Shown piece by piece: positions 39,644 through 50,228 of a DNA stretch of 64,000 nt. Origin of the DNA: Tricharina praecox (taxonomy: Eukaryota); NCBI RefSeq assembly GCF_024521635.1, contig NW_026250423.1, positions 124,001-188,000 of the forward strand, written 5' to 3'. Made by a program: the position numbers and the translations under genes. The notes beneath the pieces were generated by a model. It worked only from the letters and a program-made list of their open reading frames with translations, ran no database searches and was not told the DNA's origin. Numbering within the stretch: position 1 is the stretch's first letter; each line of letters begins with the position of its first letter.

Positions 39644-40735
39644 ATGTCTGCCCACGCCGACGACGAACTCAAGCCTTCCGTCACCGAAGGGTAAGCATAG
39701 CTCTACTGACCGCTGCTTTGTCTATTGACATCTCCCCATCATCGCCGCAATCAACTTCATCTTCTTATTGATCTTCGACTGATTGAGGAACATTCAGATA
39801 CAAGGTTGGCGAGAAGAAGTCTGTCGCCGAGTATGCAAACCTAGGTCCGTCATCTCCTCGAGCTTCCGAACAAACCTACCGCACCTCCGCCCCGCTCTCC
39901 GAGTCTCCAACGAGATGACGAGATACCGTTCGTTTGCCGAGCCCGCCGCTGACTCAATTCCTGCCGGATTATAGATGCCCACGATGAATCCCTCGCCCGC
40001 TGGAAGGAGTCTCTCGGTGTCGGAGCAGCTGCAGCTCAAGGCTCCATCGGAGAACCTGGTGACAAGCGCACAGTAAGATCCTCCACCCCCCGCACTCATC
40101 CTCGATGGTACCGGCGCCTGCATCCGATATGCAGATACCCGTTGATGTGCACTGTGCGTTTTCATCTACCGTGTTTTGCTGACTGTGGCTTTGTAGGTTG
40201 TCATTCTCGAGCTCGCTCTCCTCATCAACGGACGTCCCGATGTCGTGATCAACCTTGACGAGACGAGCGCCGTCGAGAAGCTCGGAGAGAACCCGTTCAC
40301 CATCAAGGAGGGCTCCGAGTACCGGATGAGGGTCAAGTTCAGAGTTCAGCACGAGGTCATCTCGGGCTTGAGATACCTCCAGCTCGTCAAGAGGAAGAAG
40401 ATCCCCGTCGACAAGTCGGACCAGATGATGGTGGGTTGTCCGATATACCTTGACATCTGCAGGAGTGATGCTAACTGTTCAACAGGGAAGCTACGGTCCC
40501 AACACCAAGGAGAACCCGTTCTACGAGAAGACCTGTAAGTTCGCGTCATCTCCAAGGCGTTTCGTTGTTTGGAATGAGAGCTGATCCTGTGCTCCTAATA
40601 GTTGCCGAGGAGGAGGCCCCCGCCGGAATGCTCTACCGCGGAACCTACGACGCGCTCAGCAAGTTCATGGACGACGACCACAAGGAGCACCTGTCCTTCA
40701 AGTGGACTTTCGAGATCAAGAGGTCGTGGGACTGA
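39644..40735 (+). CDS. RDI1: Rho GDP-dissociation inhibitor, multi-exon
   Basis: YKVGEKKSVAEY, DESLARWKESLG, FTIKEGSEY, EVISGLRY, GSYGPN, EEAPAGMLYRGTY, W.FEIKRSWD*. Confidence 0.95.
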
Positions 40736-42182
40736 TTTGCGCGCGCGGATGATTTCTTGTGTCATGTCGTTCGATCCCTCATACCTCTGTTTGAAGTAAC
40801 CCGGTTTCGTTTCGAGGCGGTGCGTTGCGTCTCTTACATATCACTTTTCATTTTCACCTTTTAGTTCTTGGGGGAGAGGGCGGGCCAGATGTACTCGGCT
40901 GGTGCAGCTTGGAAATCAATAGCGATTTCTCATGTGCTTTGCCGTGGGCGAGTGAACCAACCAGAGCGACGTATGTCGTGTGCCGGCGGCAGTTTACAGT
41001 GCAGCGAGCCCGACGTTGGCCTGATTCCGAGTGAACCCATCACGACGTTCACAGATTGAACGAGTATACGCGTACCTAGCTCTTTGCCCTTTACAATCCA
41101 GGAGCTCCAGGATAGCAGCGCGAGTCCACCCCGTATCACTCGCTGTATATCTCGATGGGACAGTAGGAATGCCTGAGATGCAGCCAACTGCGAATCGAAT
41201 CGGCGCTCTGATTAAAAGGATCGTGACCGTACCCGCCGATCACCATCCTTCGATGTGTACATGATACGAGTTGTTACCTCAGCCAATTCTCCCATGGGTT
41301 CTCTGCAGCATGCAGTGTGGTGGGTACATGATACATCTAGCCCTCCAGCCCCCGCACTGGTATTGGTCCCAAATGCACAAATGTAGCCTCGTCATCAATA
41401 ACTGTCTGACCTGTTGTCCACTCAATCCCTCTTCCATCGCCAGCGGTGCAGGCTGCCAATCCGAGCGAGAGATAGAACATCATTTTATTGTCGCATACAG
41501 ACTACCAATCTGCCGATATCGATGCCAATGCTGAAGCCAAGCGCTCGAGTGACACGCCATGGTCTCAACCATCGCGTACATAGCATTGATTGATGATCGA
41601 CGTTAAGGGTCAGGGTGTGAATATACTCAAAAACAAATCGCATGTCGACCAATATGCGAAGCGAAGTTCAGGCGGATGGACTACTGTAGATTTATATATT
41701 AGCCGTCTGCCTACATGAGGGGGTGGAGCACTGGAGCTTCACATGTTTGCGGGCTTGTTTCGGCACCGTGCCGGAAGCATTGACCTAACCCTTAGAGCTC
41801 CAGGTTGGCAGGCTTCGGTGGAAGAGGAAGCTGCCTGCACTCGGCCAGCGGACGTGGGGAAGCTGACGAGTTGTGGGCTTGGAGGGAGGAGGTACAGTCC
41901 GTTCGCCCTTCCTCGGTCGTACCCCCGGGAGCGGCTGTCGCCGGCAATCGTGGGTGGCCGTAACTACAGGGACGTGGAGGCAGTGGTGGTTACAGCCAAC
42001 GAACGTTCGGGTCGAGCGCACATATCCTTTCTCCGCCCTCTCCCCCCGCCTTGCCCTCCCCGCCATCCCGTCCCCACCTCCCCCACTCCCCACCCAAAAA
42101 GCATCACTATAAAAGAAAACGGATCGGACTCACTCCAGTCAGGCTTCCAGCTCAGAGTATATTGTCCCACAAACACTACATC

Positions 42183-43965
42183 ATGCTCGCTCGTTCTCTT
42201 ACACGGTCCGCTATTGCTCGCAGCGTCGTCGTCCCTCGTGCCAGCCCCGCTCCTGCATTGCTCCGGATAGCTACCGGTGCTCGGCAACCTGCTTCCACCA
42301 GCACTTCCACTCCGCTCGCAAAACTCGCGCCTGCCTTCAGCAGTGTACGCAGCTTCTCGTCGACAATGAGTGCCCACGCCATCCCCGCTCCCACCGCGGA
42401 CAACACTAGGCCTGCCGTCGACAAGGTCGTGCAGGACATCGCCGACTATGTTCACGACTACGAGATCAAGTCCGATTTGGCTGTAAGATGCTCAATCCTT
42501 TGTGGGGATGCGCAGGAGGATCGCAATTGACATGTCTACTGTGATAGTGGGAGACCGCCCGTCTGTGTTTGATCGATACCCTTGGGTGCGGACTGGAGGC
42601 ATTGAACTTTGAGCAGTGCACCAAGCTTTTAGGCCCGGTTGTTGAGGGTACGCTGTCTTGTCTCCAAGTTTTGGTGGATGGCAGAATACTCACAGCGACA
42701 CAGGAACCGTCGTCCCCAACGGCACCAAAGTCCCCGGCACCCCCTACCAGCTAGACCCGATCCGAGGCGCCTTCAACATCGGCACGGCTATCCGCTGGCT
42801 AGACTACAACGACTGCTGGCTGGCGGCCGAGTGGGGCCACCCCAGCGACAACCTTGGCGGCATCCTCGCAGTCGCGGACTGGCTTGCCCGCACCAACAAG
42901 GCCAACGGCGGGCCGGTCCCGACCATCAAGGACGTTCTCGAGGCGATGATCAAGGCGCACGAGATCCAGGGCGGCCTCGCGCTTGAGAACTCGTTCAACC
43001 GCGTCGGCCTCGACCACGTCGTCCTCGTCAAGGTCGCTACCACCGCCGTGGTGTCCAAGCTCCTCGGCCTGACCAAGGAGCAGACGATTGATGCCGTGTC
43101 CCAGGCGTGGGTCGACGGCCAGTCCTTGCGGACCTACCGTCACGCACCCAACACCATGTCCCGCAAGTCGTGGGCGGCCGGCGATGCCTGCTCCCGTGCG
43201 GTCAACCTGGCACTCATGGTCAAGAACGGCGGTGTGCAGGGGATCCCGTCGGTGCTCACCGCCAAGATCTGGGGCTTCTACGACGTACTTTTCAACGGCA
43301 ACGAGTTCAAGTTCCAGCGGCCATACGGCAGCTACGTGATGGAGAACGTTCTGTTCAAGATCTCGTTCCCGGCCGAGTTCCACAGCCAGACGGCGTGCGA
43401 AGCCGCCATGACGCTGCACGGCCAGCTCAAGAAGCTTGGCAAGTCCTCAGACGACATCGCATCGATCCGCATCCGCACGCAGGAGGCCGCCGTCCGCATC
43501 ATCGACAAGAAGGGCCCGCTCAACAACTACGCCGACCGCGACCACTGCATCCAGTACATGGTCGCCGTCCCGCTGATTTACGGCCGCCTCACCGCCACCG
43601 ACTACAACGACGACATCGCGGCGGACCCGCGCATCGACGAGCTCCGCGCAAAGATGGAGTGCGTCGAGGATAAGACTTACTCCCTCGAGTACCACAACCC
43701 CGATAAGCGCTCCATCGGAAACGCCCTCCTTGTCACCCTTAAGGACGGCACCGAGCTGCCAGAGGTCGCCGTCGAGTACCCCGTCGGCCACAAGTTCCGC
43801 CGCGCGGAGGGAATCCCCCTGCTCGTGGAGAAGTTCAAGCGTCACGTCGCTGGAAGACTCGGGCAGCAGCAGACGGATAGAATTTACGCCGCCAGCGAGA
43901 ACCTGGAGGCGCTGCAGAAGATGAGTGTCGATGAGTACGTCGACATGTACGTTACCAAGGCGTAG
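42183..43965 (+). CDS. PDH1: Mitochondrial 2-methylcitrate dehydratase (PrpD/MmgE family), 3 exons
   Basis: Presequence; [66 protein letters not shown]. Confidence 0.97.
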
Positions 43966-44230
43966 AGAGGCGGTTTTGGAAGGGTGAGTGGGTTTCTTTT
44001 GGTGGGTGGGTATGCGGAGTTTGTTGTTAGATCACATTGCTGCGAACACAAAATTTGGAAATTTGGGCGCGGTCGAAAGAATGCGTGTTGTGAAGTGTAT
44101 CAAGTGGTCCCATTTGTTCACACCAGGAGTGACTTTCAAGTAAGGTACAAAAAACATATACGCTCGATTCAACACCTGCTACCAGTCCTAAGCTATTTTT
44201 GTATACGGAGGCCATTCAGCGGGTACTCGT

Positions 44231-45334
44231 CTACGGGCCGTGGGGGTTCTGAATCAATGCATTGTTCTTCGGTGCAGCAGTTGGCGGGCCTTCGGGGGTG
44301 ACATATGCCTATAGTACCGAGTACCAACCATGATTAGCCACTGCCTACCCACACATCTCCATCCCCATTTCCTTTTCGGGGGGGAGGGGGGGGGGGAACC
44401 AACCTTGCTCATCCCACCATCCACGACTAATTCCTGTCCAGTAACAAAGCTCGCATCATCACTCGCCAAGAAGACGACCATATGCGCCTGCTCAATGGCC
44501 TCACCAAACCTTCCCGTGGGGAAATGGACCTCGCGGCGCTGCCTCTTCGCGGCATCGTCACCGAGCCAGTCCTGAAGCAGCGGCGTGTTCAGCGGCGCCG
44601 GACACAGGTTGTTGAATCGGAACCCCTCGCGCGCGTGCACGATCGCCAGCTCCCGCGTCAGTGCTAGGACTGCGCCTTTCGACGCGGTGTACGCCAGCTG
44701 CGGGGTTGCGGACCCGACGAGTGCGACGACGGAGGCCGTGTTGATCACTGATGCTTTACGCTTGCTGTGCCGTCGGAAGGACAAAACCGCGTGCTTGCAC
44801 CCGAACCACACCCCCTTCACGTTGATGTTGTGCGTGAGATCCCAGATCGCCTCGGGCGTGTTGATGGCGTCGTCGTCCTACGTACCTATGTATCAGCGAG
44901 TGCAGCGAGCGAGCGAGCGGAACGGAGGGGGAGGGAAGAGACCTGTGCGTGCATAATCCCGGCATTGTTGAAGATGACGTCCAGACCGCCCCACTCGTCG
45001 ACAGACTCGACCATGGCCTTGACCTGGTCCTCTTTGGAAACATCGCAGACCTGCACTCCCACACTGCCATCAACCCCACCCTCCATTATCCCACCCCACC
45101 CCCTCACCCCTTCCCCCATCATCCACCCCTCGAGGGAGTACTTACGTAACCCACGACCTTCGCCCCAGCGGTGTTAAACTTCCCCACCGTGGCGACGGCC
45201 TTGTCAAGCTGCTCCTTGTTCACGTCGGCCATGACAATGTTCGCGCCGTTCTGTACGAACAGGATCGATGTCTCCAGGCCGATTCCGCCTGCCGCGCCCG
45301 TGATGATGCAGTTTTTGGATTGGAGGCGGGTCAT
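44231..45334 (-). CDS. Short-chain dehydrogenase/reductase resembling those in actinobacterial glnA4 operons, 4 exons
   Basis: TGAAGGIG, NNAG, NTAS..GSATPQLAYTASKG (YxxxK), LCPAPLNTPLLQ, RR.VH.P.GRF; last exon AYVTPEGPP..HGP*. Confidence 0.92.
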
Positions 45335-46551
45335 TGCTGCTTGCGATGAGGATGGGGGGGGTGGGGATGGCGGGGGATGAGGGGGATGGGGAGGATGGTG
45401 GTGATGGGGGACACGGTGATGGTGAGGTGGGGTATGGGAGTAGGTGCAGTGAGAGACAGGTCGGCGAGGTGAGCTCCGGCGAGGACATTAACTACTGTAG
45501 GGTGCTGCAGAGTACGGTAAGGTGGGGTTAAGAGCGGCGAGAGCTGTTGATAGGCTAGTATAGGTAGTACTCTACAGTACATATGGCTGGTGTCCGTAGA
45601 GGTATGTACCACTGGGAACAGTGATAAGAGCTCTATCGTCCTCAGCTGTGCATTTCTTTGCGAAACCTGTATAGGTATATGGCCCCTCCATACCGGTATT
45701 CTCATCTCGACGGGTATCGCCACATAAGGAGATTAGTCCCAGCGCCCTCGACCACTTCAGCAGGCTTCGGACACTGTCGAGATTTATGCTGATGAGGACA
45801 ATTTCAGAGGCATCTTCCTTTGCCGTCAAGATGGAGACCAAATGGTAGCAGCACGTTTACTTGATTCGTACTGAGACACGACGTTGGGGGCGGATGACGA
45901 GGAGGAGGTGGCCAGCTCGCTGTCTGAAACGGATGACGAGAGGGATATGATATATCGATGAGTTCCTGGGCTGGTTGGAGGTGAAGCGGAGACTCCATGG
46001 CTTGCGGCCGAGTACAGGCGGATCCCATCGACTCGGTCATCTTCGTGAACTTTCCCTAGCAGACTCCACATCTTCTCGGCGGCTCGGCGGGAGCCCTCAG
46101 GAAAGGGAAACAAGGTGCTGCATCGAGCCAGCTATCTGGACTGCAGACAGGCTCGGGAAGAGAGTGTCCATCGCAGTCATCTACGGTACTCTATGATAGT
46201 AGATAAACAGAAGCGGATATCGATTCCTCATGCAGCGCCTAGATACCTCCCCCATGTCCCTGCCTTGAGCCTCACGCCGATAAGCACTAACTAGAGTAGA
46301 GCGGGGCCTGGACGAGGGGCATCCCTACGGACATGTGAGGAAGGGGAGGAACGTCATCACTCATCTGAGCAGTGTCCATCATTTCCTTGATCATACATAA
46401 CTCTACTCGAGTACTTCCCCAGTACCTACCGTAGTAACTCTACCTCCCCATAGTCCCTTTCAACAAGGACTCCTCCAGAATACCGTATCTATTACCACCG
46501 CTACCGACCCTCAACACGGAAAAACAACATAAACGAACAGAAAAAGCAACC
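45335..46551. promoter_or_regulatory. Divergent promoter between SDR and GS-like genes with multiple HGATAR sites
   Basis: TGATAG 45548, TGATAA 45622, CTATCG 45633, TGATAG 46194, AGATAA 46201, CGATAA 46278. Confidence 0.5.
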
Positions 46552-48082
46552 ATGACAGAGTATACTCTCGACACGATCACGACCGAGCTCGCAGATGACG
46601 ACAAGGTGAAGCTTGCGGGCGTAGATGCCGACGGCATCCTCCGTGGTGAGTAACCACCGCACTCCGTACACCCCACCACCCTCACATTCCCTCCAGGCAA
46701 GCTGGTCTCGAAAAAAAAGTTCCTCTCGGTAGCCTCCGCGGGCTTCGGCTTCTGCTCGGTGGTGTTCGGGTGGGACATGCACGACAAGACGTACTTCCGG
46801 GAGCTCTCGGTATCGAACGCGGCGAACGGGTACCGCGACATACTAGCGAAGGTGGATCTCACCTCGTTCCGGCGGATCCCCTGGGAGACCGACGTCGGCA
46901 CCGGCCGCGGCATCCCGTTCTTCCTCGTGTCGTTCCACGATCCCGAGACCGAGGAGCCGATCGCGCCCTGCCCCCGTGGCCTGCTGGCACAGGTCGTTGC
47001 GAAGATGCAGCCGAGGCTGTGGAAGGCGATGGCGGGAACTGAGTATGAGTTCTATAACTTTAAGGCGACCCCGAAGAGTCTCAGCGAGAATATGGGACAG
47101 GCCTTGGAACACATCACGCCCGGCATGTTTGGGTACTCGGTCACCAGGCCGGTGCAGAACCGGGAGTTCTACTACGGGGTGTTTGACGCATGTGGGGGCC
47201 TCTCTCTCTTCCGGGGCGCACCCTTCCGGCCGCTGACGCACTCCTCCCGCAGGCAAGAAATTCGACGTCCCGATCGAAGGCTGGCACACCGAGTCCGGAC
47301 CGGGGGTGTACGAAGCGGCGCTCGAATTCGGCGAGATCAGCGGAATGGCGGACCGGGCCTCGCTGTTCAAGTACGCCGTGAAAGCGCTGGGCGCCATGCA
47401 CGGGATCACGCCGTGCTTCATGGCGAAGCCGATCGAGGGGCTTCCGGGCAACAGCGGGCACGTGCACGTGTCGCTCGCCTCCGCCACCACGGGCGAGAAC
47501 CTTTTCGCCCGCGCGGAAAAGAACCCGAGCCCAACCTTCCCAGACCTCGCGTACGTCTCCGACATCGGCGAGTACTTCCTGGCGGGAGTGCTCGACGCCC
47601 TGCCCGCTATCATGCCCATCCTCGCACCAACTATCAACTCGTACAAGCGCCTCGTCGAGAACTTTTGGGCGCCCGTGACGGTCAGCTGGGGGCTCGAGCA
47701 CCGCTCGGCGAGTATACGGCTCATCTCGCCGCCGACTGCATCGCCGAAGGCGACTAGGTTCGAGATCCGCACGTGCGGTGCCGATACAAATCCGCATTAC
47801 GTCCTTGCGGCCATCTTGGCGAGCGGCCTGCGCGGCGTCGAGAAGAAGATGAAGCTTACCATCCCCCCGCTGGGAAAGGGCGAGGAAACGGGCGGTGGTG
47901 AACGCTTGGCTAAGACGCTGGGCGAGGCGGTGCAGAAGATGGTGCAGAAGGATAGTGTGGCTAGGGAACTGTTTGGCGACGTCTTCGTCGATCATTTTGC
48001 GGGCACTAGGCTGCATGAGCTCCAGCTGTGGGAGCAGGCGGTTACGGATTGGGAGGTGAAGAGATATATGGAGACGGTGTAG
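46552..48082 (+). CDS. GSI-like gamma-glutamyl-amide ligase (not canonical glutamine synthetase), 3 exons
   Basis: DADGILRG-K, FGWDMHD, EYEF, WHTESGPGVYE, FMAKP, GNSGHVHVS, NSYKRLVENFWAP, HRSASIR, RFEIR; introns about 46645-46696 and 47192-47252. Confidence 0.93.
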
Positions 48083-48307
48083 ACAGAGAGATGGGGCACG
48101 GCTTTTTGTTTGCGTTTGCTGTGTCATGGCATGGCTTTGGAGTGCTGGAAGTATGGATCATGGGTGATGAATCAGGCTTTGGATTACACTGGTGGACACG
48201 ATGGAATTGATAGATTCGGACACGAGATCAACGAATGCAATGGACAGTTCAATTTTGCTCTCATTCCTTCCGCTGTGGCACGCAACTACGGTAGCTCTTC
48301 CCCCAGC

Positions 48308-48844
48308 CTAAGCAACACCCATAGCCCTCTGCCCAGTGTAAAACGCCAGCCCATAATCCGGCGTCGTAAACGTGATTGTCGCACCCTTCTCTACACAGCA
48401 CAGCGTCAGCCATCCACCCATCCATCCCCTCCTGCACCTCTACCACAGAGCAACCTGTGCACAGAGCAACATACCAAAATAGAACACATCCCCCGGCCTC
48501 GCGGTAACACTGAGCCCGGTCTCATCGGTGATCTGGTACTCGCCCTCGAGAATAATCTATCCTTTCCCATCAGCCCCCTCTCATCCCCGCAGGGCCTCCC
48601 TCCATCCCCCCATCCCCCCGGACCCCCTTCCCCCGCAGGACTATAGGTGACTAACCTTCATCTCATGATACCCATACGTATAAACCAGCTGCTCCCCCTT
48701 CTCCAGCCGGTAGAACCCGGCAGAGATCGGCTTGTCGGCGTCCAGCTTGTCGCTGCTGTAGATGTCCTGCAGGAACACGTTGTCGCCGGCCAAAAGTGCG
48801 GGCTTGAAGTGGGTCTGCGCAAGGGGGTGGTGGTGCATTGGCAT
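48308..48844 (-). CDS. EutQ-like cupin (ethanolamine utilisation protein-like); exons 48844-48656, 48556-48475, last exon ending 48308
   Basis: Spliced ISAGFYRLEKGEQLVYTYGYHEMK-IILEGEYQITDETG..ARPGDVFYF-EKGATITFTT..AFYTGQR; only the first exon appears in the ORF track. Confidence 0.88.
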
Positions 48845-50228
48845 CTTTGGTTTCTTTGGTTTCGAGGGGTGAAGGATAGGGTATGAGGGGGAGGGGGGAT
48901 GATGAAGGCGGGGATGGGTGGATGGGAGGAGACGAGAGAGGAGGAGGGGGATGGGGAGGGGGAGATGAGGGCGGGGAGGAGGGGGGGTTATATGTGATTT
49001 CTGGGAGCAGTACAGATGCACAGATTGTCCTGTTCTAGTTCTTGAGTCCTCAAGTCCTCGACTGCATCCGCATCCGAATCTGGTGAACGAGCTGCGACGC
49101 TGGCTTTCCGCTTCCTTTCCCCGCACGGTGTAGTTACACATACCAGATTAGAGCTGGTTGGAGCTGGTTGTGAGATGGTTGACTCTGGTTCCGAGGTGGT
49201 GATACGGCCACTTCTATACTGCAGTGCACTGTGGGTAAGAGCTGTACGGCAGGTTGGAGTAGTTGGAGCTGGGTGATACACGGCCACTTCTGCGGCCACT
49301 TCTGCGGCCACTTCTGCAGCGAGGCCGATGCGACGGGCACTTTCCGATGTCCGCGCTGCTATCTGATGTGCATGTCTGCTCCGCGAGAGCGACTGGCGAT
49401 AGGTGATGGCGCTGCGCGGCGGCCGTGGCACTGGCGATAAGTATAGTACTATCTATATAGTCGGTACCTACCTCATACCTCATACCTCGTACCCGTGTGC
49501 TGCGGACTGACTGCGTCATGTACTATCACTCGAGGCATATGGGAATACCTATGGGAATCCCACTTTTTTCTGGATACGGCGAAGAACTCCATGTTTCTGT
49601 TTTTCTTTCCTTCTTTTCTGTGGAAGCACTGTGTACTGTGTAAAAAACAAGAATCATGCGACCTGCGGTTGGATCATGATGATGACTGGAACATGAACTT
49701 GGAAGTGGATGAAGATGTGAGGATGTGAGGAAGTGGATGTGAGATCGCTTCAAACCCGAAAACGAGAGACATCTCGAGCAACATCAAGATTCAAGACATC
49801 AAGACATCACGACCACCACCATAATCATCGTCATCATCATCACAAATCCCATCGATCCCTCCGGAATCCCATCGATGCCATCGATGGCCAAGAATGTCTC
49901 TGATAGGGCCACAATCACGATCATATCACGATCATATCACACAGGCCTGTGGACCTGAAACACCTACATATGTAACCGATCGATCTCCACGGAACAGAGT
50001 GAGCACGAGCAAGTACTTGTGTATGTAGTAAAACAGTAATTGAATTGCGCCACGCGAGCAACTGCCAAGTAGTAGGTATCCCAAGTATCCAAACCAAAGT
50101 ACATGTCCGCGCGAGAAACGGTAAACCACAACGCCAGAATCCACAGAAAAGCAAAGGAAAGAAATAGCCAATAAGTAAAACACCAGTGACCAACCCCCTG
50201 AAACAAGACAAGACCCACAACAGCCAAC

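Noticed and set aside
46552..48082. Calling the gene glnA/GLN1 or fluG
   Set aside because: Not GSII-type, lacks the Glu flap residue, and has no N-terminal amidohydrolase domain as in FluG.
46843..48127. Long minus-strand ORFs (309 and 328 aa)
   Set aside because: Antisense shadows of the GC3-rich GS-like gene.
49921..50228. Hydrophobic C-terminal extension of the TF in the ORF track
   Set aside because: Read-through of a terminal intron; the spliced product ends WGWEVLLG* at 50229.
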